This document shows, in pieces, positions 27,199-41,774 of a stretch of DNA of 64,000 nt (the stretch's first letter is position 1; every line of letters starts with the position of its first letter). Both the position numbers and the translations under genes were made by a program. Below the pieces are notes generated by a model. The model was not told the origin of the DNA. It saw only the letters and a list, made by a program, of their open reading frames with translations, and did not search any database. This DNA comes from Basidiobolus meristosporus CBS 931.73 (lineage: Eukaryota > Fungi > Basidiobolomycota): NCBI GenBank assembly GCA_002104905.1, contig MCFE01000261.1, forward strand, positions 1 through 64,000. Reading direction: 5' to 3'.

Positions 27199-27842
27199 TA
27201 ATAAACGAGCCAGGTTACAAGGTGACATTTTATAAATCAGCAATGTGCTATTTCCATCGGCTTACTTATGGCCTACTTATGATACGCGTATTGAGAGTCG
27301 AGGTTGAGTGGCAGTTTGGCCTACAATAATAATACGATGAAGTATTTGGCACGGGTAAACGCAAGTCCGAAGCATCATATCACTGGCCCGTGTACAAACT
27401 AGCACTCGAACAATAGTAATACCAGCATGAATCAAATATATATTTTCTGCACTGATTTATGAATGAATCCTACCCATTTGTGAGTACTGATGCACTTCTT
27501 ATGCTGCCAAACACTAGGAATGGCCGCTGGGTTTACCAGGCGTAGTGTTCGTTGTGTACTAGGATTTCCTAACTCTCAGTCACAGTTTTCTTGCAACTTG
27601 TATTTACAAATCAATATGGTGTTCAAACTTTATATTAGTATTATAGATATTTGCGTCGTCATGCGATGTGCGTGGCACGGAAGCCTGAACCAAGATGGTC
27701 AGCCTCAAGTGATTTTTGATCTAATTCTGGGTGCTATTAGAGTGGAGCTGTTATTCAGAGCACATATTCATCTACCGAACACTGTCAACCAAGCAATGGG
27801 TAGGGCGGGGTTGGGTGAAGTTGCAACAACCCTATCAGAATT

Positions 27843-29780
27843 CTACATGTACTTCTTACCACCGTCGATTTTTTTCGAGTAAACAGTGTATCCAATAGCT
27901 AGAGCAAACTGTAAAGTGACAAATCCAATAATATATTTCCAGAAAGGTCTCTCCACCGGAGGAGGTGTGGAGCTACCGGGTTGGGTTTTCATATTTCTAG
28001 ACCCTTTCATACTGGCCTTGGACTAAAACTCTGGTTAGTATGGAGTCTGCAAACACACATATCATGACGCTATACCGAGAATGTTTCAAGCTTCGAGTCT
28101 AGTAGCTCCAAGGAATCGCGTAATGTTTTTAATTCTCCATCGGGGCCAGTGGTCTTAACGAATTCACTAAATTCCGCCGAGATAGCTGCAATGGATTTTT
28201 TCAAATTGCCAATATCTTTTGCCATTCTTGTAATTTTTTGGCTGCCAATGTGATGAATTTAGTCGCTAATCTCCAACCAAGTATCGCTTATTCATTACCT
28301 CAGATCAGTATCTACAGCTACTGGTGATCCTGCTTGACCCGTCCCGCTAGCGGTGCTCTCTTCCCTATCTTTAGTCAATCCCTGCACAGTCGCTTGGAGG
28401 TTATTCAACGACTCAATGATTTGAAACTGCACTTCTTGAAGTTCATCCAGCATTGGAGGCTATATGGGCATATGAGGTTAGAGCATGTTGGGCCCCACGA
28501 TTGTCAAATGAGCTTACCACTCCAGTATCAGGCATCTCTTGTTCTTTCAAGTCCTCCATCTTGGTCCGAATCTCCTTAATTTTCTACCACAGTAGTTGAA
28601 TATACTATTCAGATGGGCAGCCTGTAGTCCCCTTACCTTTTTATCCTTTTGCTTCAACTTGAATGCCCCTTCCTTTTTAACCTTTTCTTCTTCGTGGGGT
28701 CTCTTTGACAATACCTACCAACGATCAATTAACACGGAGTATACTTGGTAAAAAATCAGGTTCTCTACCTTACGGCCTGGTGGGTTCACTTCATATGTAT
28801 CGAATGAGAATACATCATGATCATCTTTGAATTCAAAGATGCGTTAGCCGACTATTTTGTACAGGAAAGCTCTATATACGAACCGGCCAGCTCGGAAGTG
28901 GACGCCGAAAGACCGAAGTAATAACCGGGTGGTAGCTCTACATCGGAAACCTCGAAGCATTTCGTATAGGCAGCACCTTTTTCGGTGGTATCGATGTATA
29001 ACTACATCCCGATAAGAGTCAGTCGAGGAGAGACAAAAAGAGATGGAGATACATACACTGATGCTGTTATCATAGTAAGAAAGTTTTGCGTGAACTGGGC
29101 TTTTGGAATTTCGGAAGTCTTTTAGGCATCCAGCAAACATCTTCGACTTCTTTTCTTCAATGTGACTGAGCTTCAGCTCCCCATCATTCAAAACACCCGA
29201 TATGTAGGGGGAGTATTTCTACGCATGGCACATGAATATCAATATGTGAGAACTTGGTGTAGGCCGAATTGACGATGGAAAGCCTACATTTGTTTTGGGA
29301 TCAAGCGTGTCAAAGAAAATCGCGAGGCCATCCCATTGATCTCGGTTGCCATAGATGGGCCCACTTTGGGCTCTATCCTTTGTATACCAAAAGGCTAGAC
29401 CATTGCCGCCAGTGTATCCCTTACCAGTGATTCCAAACGAGAACCTGACTTGCCATTCTTTGTAAGGGTTGGGTTCTTCGGTCCAGATAGAGCCCTTGAG
29501 TCCCGGAACGCTTGGGGCCAGCCGAACAGCACTGGAACTGGCAATGGCATCTACAGAGGCAGGGATCAGTATTCAACTAGGCGACATGTATTGGATGGAT
29601 TTTACTGTCGTGGAAAGTAAAGGACGGAATGCTATCTCCAATAAGATATGGTTTTTTGAAACTCAGCTTGTAATCATGCCGAGTCAACGCAATGCTGTCA
29701 TCAGTCAATGCCAGCTCTCCAAAGGCCTGATGGAAAATAAAAAGCTCAAGGATATAGGGAGCAAACGCCTCAATCTTCAT
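27843..29780 (-). CDS. ERGIC-53/Emp47-like L-type lectin cargo receptor
   Basis: Signal-like N-terminus; YKLSFKKP, GSIWT, GGNGLAFWY, WDGLAIFFDT; coiled region; TM; C-terminal KKYM* (KKxx). Confidence 0.88.
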
Positions 29781-31047
29781 GATGTCGGATTTGTTGTAGC
29801 TTGACTATACTTGAGGGGACTGAAAGCAAAGCGGATATAGGAGCAGGGCGATCCACAAGACCTTGAGGTTTATAAGAGTATAGCAGGATAGCACAAGGTC
29901 GACGTAAGTATCAATAAATAGAAGGAGCAAAAGGGGTGAGAGTGATGAGCAGCTCTTTAGCGCAACCTGATCTCCTTTAGAAACACCCCTTAAAATCAAA
30001 ATTCGTCTCGTCTGAATCCAGTGGATTTGATGCTGAAAAACCAGTTTTCATTCTTGCTCTCGAGTTTCGGGATATCATTGGAGAAGTGTAGATACATTCC
30101 CTCAACTCTGGGACACTCGCAGTGTGACCCTTCAGATATGATCGGAACCGGCGCACTCTAGCTCAATCAGAGCACATATATTGACACATCAATAAGCCCA
30201 GTGCTTCGTGCTGTCCACATATAACAGGATGTATCGTGTGCTCCAAGTTATTATTGAATACAAACAAAGTTCCATTTCATAGGCTGCTCTTGAGAATAGA
30301 CCCAAGCTTCAACCCTGAATGATAATCCAGCCAAAATCAACTGAAAGAATGTCTATCTTTCATAACACTAATCAAGAGTGGATTGGATAGGTGGACTTTC
30401 CTAAAAGAGGCAATTCTAATTAACGATGAATCTGAAAGACCCAGCTGGGCACTGTTGGTATACACTGGCCACATTTTGTCAGAGAAAGCTACACTCTATT
30501 GCCGAACTGGTCTACTCCAACATCGCACTTTCCGCATGTGTTGTATCCATTTCTGGGACAGACTCTTGTCGAAATGCTCTTGCGGAAGCGACCATTTCCT
30601 ACCCGAAACGGATCGACTCCCTACGGCTTAGCTGCCTATCGAGTCTAATATATTCATCTCGATCAAGCACAACATCAAACTGATGTGAGTCAGTGGAGGC
30701 TAGGAATATTGGCTTTGATGATCTTGACATGCGTTCACCTGCTGCATACCTCAGAACAAGCTATTTCATGAAGTTGATTATATCGATGCAGAAGTGTTGG
30801 GATCCGAAATCACAACCCTAACCAAATATACAGACATCTATCCCAACTTGTTTAGCCTTTATTTACTCAATTAGACCATAGAGAAATGCTGATTTATTTG
30901 TTGATTCTAGTTCACGGTGTTTACGCTGGCGTCAGAACGAAAATAAACCTGCTTCGGGCCAACTTTACTGTGCTCACTCTTATACAAGCCCTCACCATAT
31001 CATATCTGCAAAGCGCCCACTCGTATTGGCAAATATTTACCAGAACC

Positions 31048-31825
31048 ATGAGCGATAATCGAGAAGTCGGAAACTTGGCATTTTGGAGTGTTTCTAGCGA
31101 GAAGATGGGCTACGGTGTGGATAAGCTAATAGATGATAATGTCGAAACATTTTGGCAGTGAGTATGGAATTTGAGCAGGGCCTGCGCCTATATGGTTTAT
31201 TTTGTGTTATTGTTATTCTACCATGGAGTAGTGCACGAGGATTAAGCTTCAGAATGTTACTAGGTCGGACGGTGGCCATCCCCACTTTATCAACATTCAG
31301 TTCACAAAGGAAATGACCTTGAGTGTAAGTAGCAACGCTTGCCGAGAATTCGAACCTTCAGCTGAACCGGAATTGCCAGCAAATATCCATTTATCTAGAC
31401 TACAAACAAGACGAAAGCTACACCCCTCTTAGAATGGCCTTCAATGCTGGTACGGGGACCCATGATCTACAGGTATGGAACAACATCTCGAACTGGCTCT
31501 AAATTGATGTTTACGTGTCAACGCAGCAAGTGCAAGCCATCGAGATTGGCGAAGTGGTTGGGTGGGTGAACTGCCCGTTGGTATCCTCAGATAAAATATC
31601 TCCCTTTCGCGCACGCTACTTTCAAGTAGTCATCTATGAAAATCATCAAAATGGCAAAGACACCCACATAAGACAAATCAAGCTATACTCGCCAATCAAG
31701 TAAGTGACAGCACCCGCGATTCTCTCCAGCAAAGACTAACGACCACCTACAGACCACCTATTGAGGAGCCCGATTCTTTGGAATATGATACCGTCGACTT
31801 TCTGATGCATTCGATGATTAGATGA
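31048..31825 (+). CDS. APC10: Anaphase-promoting complex subunit 10
   Basis: [61 protein letters not shown]. Confidence 0.95.
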
Positions 31826-32146
31826 TGCTACGAAACGGCACTGATTGTATGCATCGACCACAGCAATATGCAAGGTGGGCCAGATTTGAGTAAATCATGA
31901 ATTTGCTGGACGCAGAATAAACCATAGATTTCGTATTTTCGGAGTGGCTATAGTACCAAATATTATATTCATATAAAATATCTAGAAGATTTAGATTTTG
32001 TGGAGAGACAAGGAAAGTATTTGTAAGGTATCGGTGAAGAAGAGGGAGCAGGATAAAATCCTTTACACAAAACCGGATATATCGGCTGGCTTTCACGGGT
32101 GAGTTGACCAAAGGTCCTGAACAAGGGGCTGCTGTGAACATCAGCC

Positions 32147-33727
32147 CTAGTAGTGTGGTGGTGCATCATACGCGACTACTTGGACATTTTTCGATGGAGG
32201 TGCGGGGCAGCAGGTGGATTGATCGCAGGTTGGAGAGCAGCGAAGCAAGCAGTCCTCCTAGAGTGTAAATGGATAATTAGCAACCACACTACTTTCGCGG
32301 CAGACTGCCCGATGGCCAGAGATAGAGTGCGAGAATTAAGATACGTACATTGTAGTCCTGTAGCCCGGTGTCTTGGCACTTCGTAGACTCAGGGAACTCC
32401 GGCTGAATGGTGACGGAGTGGATTCCGTAAGTGTGCAACAAATCTTTGATGCTTTTGGCAACCTTCATATATATACTGTGATCTGCGATATGGATATGAA
32501 CGGAAGCGATGGTTTTGACATCAGAGAGTTGCCATACGTGGAGCTCATGGACTGAGATCACCCCGGAAAGCTGGAGGAAGGTAGGTTTGAGTAGTAGCCC
32601 CTTTGTTCATGGTATTCGAAAATGCACCTACATCTTGAATCTGTCCTTGGATAAGATCCACTGGGATAGTACTGGGTACACCTTGCAGAAGGATGAAACA
32701 GGTGCTCTTGACTAGGTCATGGATCTCAGTATGATGGTGATACAAACAGAAGTATAGATTTTCTCACCAAGCGGCAGTGAAAAGGCTAGGATCAACCCGG
32801 TGATAACAAGACTAATGATAGGATCCAACAAAAACCTTTGAGGGAACTCGCACTTCCAAATGACTAGTGAGCTTACAATCACAGCAATGCTTCCAAGTGC
32901 ATCCCCCAATACATGGAGAAATACCCCATGCATATTGAGATGTCCGCCGTCCTTTTTCTTCTCCTCATGCTTGTGCTCTGTTTGGATTAGTGGTATTGGG
33001 TCGGTAGAGTCAAGCAACGATATATCCTCGTCTACTTGACACTGGTGCTCAGCATCAGCACGGATACGACGAACTTCATCGGCAGTTTGAATAATCGATG
33101 CAGGAGCATGGAGAGGCTTAGTATGTGCATGATCGTGGCTGTGGCTATGACCGTGCTCTACAGGGAAAGAAATGTCAAAGTCGTCTCTTTGAAAATCCAC
33201 TCAAGACTCTCAAACTGACCGTGGAACAAAAACAGGCCAATGAGGTTCACCAAAAGTCCCAATCCACCCACAATGAGAATAAGGACGGGATTTTCGATTT
33301 CTATACAAGTTCACGTTATTGCCCAGATTAGAGAACCGTGTCAAATGCAAATACCTTGAGGTTGGAAGAATCTCTGAATGGCCTCCACAAAGATGGAGAA
33401 GCATAGCGCAATCAAAAAAACCCCATTTAACAAGGCCCCCAATATCTCTGCACGTTGCCAGCCATACGTATACTGCGAAGAATGGCCCCTCTTGCTAAGC
33501 TAAGATAGAGCAGAAGTCAATATATGTCTATGGTTATCAGTAGAGGAACAGCCTAATAGCACCTTTATGGCATATAAGGCAACACACAAACTCAACAGAT
33601 CACTTAACATGTGAAACGAATCAGCAACTAAGGCGATAGAGCCTACGACATAGCCTACAATTATCTCCACGAAGAAGAATGTGGTCGTGAGCAATATTAA
33701 TATTGTGATACGAGTAGTCCTCTCCAT
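32147..33727 (-). CDS. CDF zinc/cobalt transporter (ZRC1/COT1/ZnT1-like)
   Basis: VEIIVGY-SIALVADSFHMLSD; His-rich loop HGHSHSHDHAH; LNMHGVFLHVLGDALGS; VHELHVWQL; GIHSVTIQPE; Cys-rich tail. Confidence 0.95.
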
Positions 33728-33999
33728 GATACAGTACAAGTAAGCACAAATGGTTAGGAGACAAAGGAGAGTGTAGAGTCGTTTATGATTTTATTTATCC
33801 AAGAGAAATGTACCTATTCATGGATTTATCCAACAACTCAATGGTCAGTAACCAGTCTGCTTAGCCGCCAAATAAACTAGTCGCAGCTTTGATTAGAGAA
33901 TACATTATCATAGATCATCAAGGATATTAATTTAAGCCCAGCTAGAGTGGATGGCTATTGAAGCTAGCATCCATCTGATAAGCACTCGCCGACGTTGCC

Positions 34000-36400
34000 T
34001 AATATGATATGATCTTGGCTAGGGTGGCTATTTGAGAAGAGCCAATCCACAGGCCGGGCGTACTGGAATTGAGCCGACCATCGCACTTCCATTAGCCCAT
34101 TTGATTAAGACAAAAATGGGAAGGATTGGCTATTTATTAGGTTGTAGCGTGCTTCCCATACACCACTTAGTCATGTATTTGATGGTGAATTTGGAAAGAC
34201 CCCAATTGCTTGGGAAAGCGCAGAGATCCACATCTCGATTTGGGGCTGTCTTCAGTCAGAAATTCTTGAATTCAACCCAAAGTTGGTGATTTGGCCTGAA
34301 TTTCGTAGTGTTGAGACTTGTGGTTGAAAAATGAGGGGCATGTGCCTAGGAATCGGTCCGGCCTTTTCGGTAATTGTAGCTGATTGGTTAGTCAGATTGT
34401 TCACCAGTGAGGCGACTTTTGATGGGCCCTTAGCCGAACCATCGCTGGCACAGTCGAAACATGGTAAACACGATACGCTAGACTGATTCCAAGGCTCTGA
34501 ATTGTTCACTTCCCATTACTTTCTGTGTGAAGTGAGAATCTGTTTACCTCGTACATAGATTGTCCCATCACTGGCTCAGTACACAGCTACACTAATAGAC
34601 TGCTGACAAGACAATGCTTACTACAGCGTCTATCACGATTGCGTAGCAATGCATACAGGTGCCGTTGTCCCTAGAATTGGTGGAGAAGCAACCTGCATGA
34701 GCAGGAACATTTTCAGAGATTAGCGACAACTGACCGGAATATATGGGAGGAGCCATGTGAATGTATGTAGCAAAGCAGGGATACCCCGGCAGAGCCACTA
34801 CTGGTTCTGACATTCTAGACCATGTACCTTCCAAGCAGCTAGCGGAATTGGTGGCGTAGAGCTTAAATATGCAATATTCACACAGAACTGCTAGCCGTAG
34901 GTCCAGCTAAGCTCTTGGATAAATCGAAGAATGGCCCCAACCTCATTAGCCAAGTCGCCCAAAAAGATATATAAATGGCAACTGGGTGACATGAGGTCCA
35001 TATCGGTCTCAACTCGAGAGAAATTACCGTGCCACCTATAGGATAATAGAATTTTCTTTTGCTAGCGTGGGCTCAGATTATCAGCTGTCAACACGACCGT
35101 TTTTCAAGGATTTTGTCCAGCATAGCATCCGGCATATTTGTCGTATCACTGCTGGGGCTAATATTGATTGTTTATATTTATTAATCAAGTGGTTTACTCC
35201 ACTTAAAGCTAATGGCTGCAAGTGGGAATTCGGAAACCAGAGGGCCAATCTGCACATGTCAAATTTAGTCTTGATACTAATTATATACACCGATGGGTGA
35301 ATCAAGTCCATGGAAGCCACAGCCACTATTGTGAATGATCAAAAGAGTAATTGAAACAGGCGTGATACGAAGATATTTGTGCTCAAGGAGATTTCAATTT
35401 TGTTGGCTGATGAACAAAAACCCTTTATTTGTCAAGAAGCTCATCATGCTAAATTCTGTATATCTGTGTAGTACTCTTGATGAGGGCTGTAATTATATTA
35501 AGGCCATGTGTGGAGCGATTTTGTGTATGATGCCGACTTCAAAATAGGTTACTGCAGCAATGTAGAACTGCACTGTTTGTATCACCAAGGTTTCGACGGG
35601 CTGTAGAGATTATCACCATCAGAGTTGCTTCATGGAGGTTGAGGTGCCAAGGTTATCTAGTGGAAAAGGGTTGGAAGAAATGAACGATTCGAGTCAGACT
35701 ATTGTGCAACGGGTTTGGATGTTTCAAGCAGAGGTGCGAGGAATAGATTATGATACTCGGTTTGTATGCATGCAAGGAGACAGTCCAAATCTTTGTTTAT
35801 TTGGAAAATTCGTACTACCAACATCTCATATGCTGTATGAACTAGGCCTGGAAGCCGCTGATGTCAGATACGAGGCCAATGGGGGAAGTCAGTGTCCAGG
35901 TGGGAGTTGTTGTTGTACCTTGTAATACCACTCTGCACGCCGTGATTAGCTGTGAAAACACGCCAGTCATCTCTCGGGACACATTTTTTGACCCATTACA
36001 ACCGTCATAATCTACTGTCGATGGAAGTGATATTGAATCCGTAACCTCGGGTTTCGTGTTCCTCCAGCCAACCCGGATTACTCCAGCTATCAACCAACTC
36101 TTCAAAGGCATCATATCCGCCAAAAGTGTTACAGAGGAAGTGACCCAGTAGGAGGTACAGTATCGCCACTTTCAATGGACCCCATCGTAGACTCTTGGGA
36201 TGCATCGAAAGTCCTATCGGCCGATGGGAATCTAGTGCAGCATTGGTGCCAAGCTCAAGGGCCTAACATGCATAGAAGCAAATTCTACCATTGTGATTTG
36301 CATGAGTGTGGTGCGGAAGAGCTGATAGAGGACATTCCAGCTCGGTTTGCTCATTAAGGAATATGTATGGATACATGAGTGATTAAGGTGGTTAATGAGC
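34000..36400 (-). pseudogene. Possible decayed gene, unidentified
   Basis: Chain of protein-like minus-strand fragments (34252-34509, 34592-34834, 35081-35326, 35842-36123) broken by stops. Confidence 0.2.
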
Positions 36401-38562
36401 AATGAGGCTCAAAATTATCTATACGCCGAGATAGGAAACTGTTTCATTCCCTGAATCAATATATCCAAATTGTCATTTGAAACCTTTGATTGTTAGCTCC
36501 AAATATACTGACCAGTCATCCTGTGCTAAATGGGCATGACCAATCACGTTCAGGAGGCATCGCTGCCGTGTAGCAGGAATATCTGCTTAATAGAACCTTC
36601 CTAGGGGTAAGGCTATCCTATTTGCTAGCGACTTGTACAATGTCAAATTCCCGGGCATGTTGCTTGGATCTAATAGAACATTCCACCCAAACCTCAGCGA
36701 CTGTACCTGCCTACCCCTCATACGCTTTTAAGGCAATTGTGTTTTGTCACTCTATTTTCTACATTAGTCGAGTTCGTTAGATCTCCGCAGCTCGAAAATC
36801 AACTAGTATCGGCCCATTTCAATCGTTTAGCATCAATGGTATTTTTGTGATAGATAATCTAGATGGGCTTATCTTAGAGAGGCAGGTTGGTCTGCCTCTT
36901 CTTGCTCATCGCGGGAATGCTTCGTGCCACATTACCCTTGGCACTCGATATCCCTGCTCCCTCGGATTGCTTGCCTATCTTCGATAGGAGCCAGCCTCTT
37001 CCGCTGCTGAAACAGTCAAGCGATAGAGCACCCTAGCCGAGATCAGGCAATGTGATGCCAGTCACACTCTGTACTGGCGTCAGATGATTGTATGCGCTGC
37101 ATGCTAGAGCCTTGCATCCATATGGCTTTCGGATGGTGATTGCTGGCACTAGATCAGGCGACTAGGGGAAAGATACCATATCAATGCTGAGCGTGGGATA
37201 TTCGAGTGCAGGTGTTTTATTTAGTGCCCTTAATTGCGTTATGCCAATCAGAATGCTTGCCGGAGAGGCCGTTGCACCGACTACCGGCTAGATTTTTCAA
37301 ATATCCCAGCGACGATAAGCTTATCTTCACTACAATGGCGGATGACATGAACGCAGCTGATATGACCAACCCTACTCTCATAATACTGGTAAAATAGATA
37401 AGTCATTGTCAAAAATCACCTGAGATCTGTATATATTTTAGAATACGCATGGAAGGAATCGAATACAAAAAGAGAAACGATTACTTCTAAACAGAAGGAG
37501 CAACAGGATATGTGACCGGAAATTATTAAGAGTGTTCTATAGTAAACAACATATATCGCACGTCACGAGCTTTAAGCAGATTCTTTTCGCCTTTATTCTT
37601 CCACCGGCCATATTTATCCTTATGTGTCTATTTACTCCTGACCGTTGCCTCATAATTATACGCATTATCAATAGGTTTAAATGGGAAATCTGATCAATAT
37701 GGCAATTGCACCCTTCGAGTACGCATTGTATAAGACTATGATCTGATTGCATTCCTAGATAAATCCCCATTAAATGAGATTCTTTGCATAGATAGTATGA
37801 TGATTCGTCATCAATACGGGTCTTCAAAAGTCCCTAGAATGAAACGTGGTTTGTGATGTAGAGGCAATGGGAAATTCATTTGCTAGAGGGAGGTTGCTTG
37901 ATTAGGTTACTGGTTTGGCATCGGGTTCTTGCGAACAGGTAGTTGTTCCCATTAAACCAATGTTGATAGCTAGATCTATTCGATTTTTGTGGCACTACGA
38001 ATCAGTGATCATTTCTGTAATGTAATTTCTATTTCCATTTACTCTACTTTGTCATATGAAATATCCAATCGTAGCGGAGTGATAATCAAGGCTGGTCATT
38101 ATGGGTAGGATCCAACGTGATCACACACCTGAACTGGTGAATCTATGCATTGATTTTGTATATAAGCTACATACTGCGCTGGTGTAGCTCTTCAACTCAC
38201 TTCAATTGTTCATCTGACAAATATCCATTCAGCCAACTGAATTATTTGTAGAGAATACCCTTTAGCATCTCCATTCATTTTCTTGTAGTCCTCCGTCTGT
38301 CGCCTCACATCTAACCGGATCGCTATATCTCAGGTCTTTTGGGCCTTTGACTTCCGCATAATTTCAACCTTCCCTAAATTCCAGGCCACGATTTTAAAAC
38401 TTGAAATATTCAGACCTCCCAACATCCGATGCATCGGAGGCCTATTCAATCTATAAATCCACTGATAGTCACAAATCGCTCATCTTCTCTGTACCATTTC
38501 GGGGATCCACCTCTAAAAACTCTGCGACACTCTTAGAACGCTCTGCGAAGCTAAAGGAACTA

Positions 38563-40136
38563 ATGAATTTACCCAACGTGCCCGTTATTTCCTTGCTTGA
38601 TCAAGACAACAGAGTGCTCTCTGATCCAGCCACCTTCAAGGCTAAGGTCGCATCCAGCGAAACATGCAACTGTCTTGTACCTGCTACCTCGACGGTGAAG
38701 AGTCCGCCTGGCAAGAGCTTTGTCTGTAACACATGTGGTTGGTACCTTCCAAGCCCGTGAGCATTTATTTTTTCGTTGCTAAATTTCTAGAGCTAGGTGG
38801 TTACTTGAACTCGCGTAATTCTCTTTCGAAAGCATCGAACTCTGCCGACAGTTCCAAGGATAGTAGCTCCGATACTGACACCTCTACTGCAAGAGAGGAT
38901 GTAAGCCATGGTAGTGCTAATGGTAATGAAGCCACACCACTACCTGATGGTGTAAAGTCTTCGCTTTCGTGCGCTAATTGCGCCACAAATGCCACACCAC
39001 TATGGCGAAGAGATGAAGCGGGTGCTACCATTTGTAATGCGTGTGGTAAGCTTTTGAATTTGATGAAGATATTGCTGTTTCAATCTTAAACTAAGGAAAG
39101 CCCATTGGAATGACTAGGTCTTTATTTTAAATTACATGGTGTACATCGTCCAATTAGCATGAAGAAAAGTGTCATCAAACGTCGCAAGCGTGCCTCGAAT
39201 ACGATGACCCGTGGAAATGATCGATCTAACGAGAGTAACAACCCTCCAAACGGTGTCAAACATCTTGACTATCATGGCGGTCCCCAGATAGAATCCCGTG
39301 CTTGCGACTATTCTAAATTGTTTACATTCAAACACCATGGCCCCATTGTGGAATCCGGCCGTCATCGAGCTGATTCTTATCAAGATGGTATGCGTCTGAA
39401 ATCGGCTGTAGAGAGTGCCAACCCTCGCGCTTTCGGGGAAAAGCGATTGCAAACATATTATGCCGACGCGGAAAGTGGTAAACACCGTCGGATATCGGAT
39501 AGTCAAGTTGACCTGAGGCCTTGGTCTACCTCACCTCTACCGGAGCGTGTTCAGCCGTCGCCAGTTTTTACGTCATATTCACTCCCTTCTCCGACGCACA
39601 TTTCATCGACGAGAGACTCTCATTCGATGTCCCCTCGCCGGCTAAGCGAAGAACGTACTGTGTATATGCCTCCCGTAACGCATCCAGATCCGACCAACCG
39701 CCACCTTCCTTCATTGCCACCCATCAACATTACAGCTAGCAGCAATGCGCCGAGTATCTTCAATGATCGGCGGAAGCAGAAAGACGTCGACTTTTTACCA
39801 CCCATTTCCGAGTTTGGCTCCTCCATGTTGACTGGAGACTGCTTGACGTCATCACACAAGCATAATATCAACCACACTCCAAAAAGTCAGTGGGAGATGT
39901 CTCCGTTAAAACCGATTTTGGAGCTTTCTGGCGATTCGAACAAGAATTCGATATCCCTTGATCCCACTAGGCTCGTAGCCTACCATTCACATAGAGGACA
40001 TAGTAAAGATATCTCCATCTTTTCAGACCCCATCTTGCATTCGCTGACTTCGAAGCCGATGAGAAGTCAAGAGAGAAACATGGGCTCTACCATCATGCTG
40101 GCACCAATTCAAAACTTATTCTCGGTTGTCGATTGA
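38563..40136 (+). CDS. GATA zinc-finger transcription factor
   Basis: [26 protein letters not shown]|[24 protein letters not shown]; first in-frame ATG after the stop at 38395 is 38563. Confidence 0.88.
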
Positions 40137-40637
40137 TAGCAGACCCATCCAAAGATATTCCCATGCTCACCACTCAAGTGGTGATTTGATTTTATGTAAC
40201 TTTGTCCATTTTGTTATTCCACGGTTCCTTCCTTATTTTGCTGTAAGAATATTGTATTTTCGTTTTTGGTCGAGCAACCTCGTTCACACTATTCTCGATA
40301 TAAATTTCATATAGAGTTGTCTCAAGTCAGATCATCCCATTTGATGGTTTCTGGATTTTCGTGTCCCAATATATCGTAGTTCGACTTTAATGGATCGATC
40401 ATCAAGGGAACAGACTGGTCATGCGTGTTATTACTACTATATGGAGGGCACCATATTGTAGATATATCATATGAACAAGCCGCAACGGATTGTTCATGCG
40501 AGAATAGAGTTGAGGGCGGATTGAATTTCGTGACGTAGTCACTTGGAGTAGATCTGGTTTCTGTGTTGGCAGGGTATGCGAAAGAACTAACGGTTTGGAA
40601 TGGGAGCCTTGTCATGTCTACGCCACTTTGTCATGGG

Positions 40638-41774
40638 CTATACAGTGCATGTCCGCAAGCATCCCTGCTCCATTAGCACCAACGCCTGCTCATATACAAC
40701 AAACATTCCACTCGATTGCAGGGCGGTCCAAAAGGCACGTGGTCCGATTCCGCGAAATAGCCCCTTGATCCCTTGCTGACGGTAATTTCAAATTAGACCG
40801 TTAACAATCCCCGAATAGAACTTTTGAGGTACTCCTTTCTTGGAAAGGGGCAGAGGGATTGACTTGTATTTGCAGCAGAGTCTTCACCACATCTAGGGAC
40901 GTGGTGATTGCCCCAGCGGCGCCACCGGCCAAAGAGCCGATCCCGATTTCAACCGGCAGCGTGAGTGGCTTCTTTTCATCTGCTCGTCTGTCCAAGGATG
41001 CCGCTTTGAGTTTCTTATAAAATGCGAAATGTAACGAGGAAAATGGAACGTCTCTAAGAATGGCCGCTCGGAACCCATTGTAGAAAGCGCCAAACCCATC
41101 GTATTTAACGATCATCTGCAGAGCGAGTGGTGAATTTCCGTAATTGTAGCCGCTTACACAATTCGGGTTGTTATGTCTCCCTTGAAGTTGCGTGCGGGTT
41201 TCCGGAACCTAGTCAGATCTGAAAAATTGTTCGATGCTTGCAAATGGGCTATAGGCGATGATGGCCTTACCTCCGACGGAACATATATTACTGAGGCAGC
41301 CAGATCGCAAATGGCACCTGCATGACTACATCATTAGGAAAGTAGCCTAGAAATACCGGAGACGTGATGTCAGGTGAGCGACACTATCAATATTTTTCTT
41401 CTCAATGCAGCTTCTTTGCACAAACTCATATGTCCCGAAATAGACGGTCGTTCCGGGAACTAACAAGCGGCATCAGTACGTACTGAGTGTTTGAAGTCTA
41501 TGTATTCAAAGGCATACCAGAGCCGGTCATGACTGGACCAATTCCACTATAAAGGCCTCGGGCCATCCCTTCTTCTCGCAATATTGTTTGGTACGCATGG
41601 AGCATATTTCCATATTTTGGTGGAAAGGATTGGTCTTGAAGCCTCGTTTTGACGGTATCAACGCTTTCTCCAGAGAAAATATCAGACGTGGTTTGTTGCC
41701 ATCAATGTGAATGTGGTTACCTATGCATGCTAAAATCGGCAATACTTCCGTCCAAACCTCTACCCAATAGCACC
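40638..41774 (-). pseudogene. Mitochondrial carrier pseudogene (MME1/YMR166C-like)
   Basis: DTVKTRLQ, VYFGTYE, YVPSE|VPETRTQLQGRHNNP..SGYNY, RDVPFSSLHFAFY; frameshift near 40840, in-frame TGA at 40788-40790, carrier motif TTPLD changed to TTSLD. Confidence 0.85.

Noticed and set aside
27330-27495. Possible C/D-box snoRNA motifs (GATGA...CTGA)
   Set aside because: Boxes are imperfect and no convincing rRNA guide complement could be identified by eye
7790-41774. Metal-homeostasis gene cluster (Ctr, Acr2-like, CDF, GATA, Mg carrier)
   Set aside because: Spread over 34 kb among unrelated housekeeping genes; no shared motif seen
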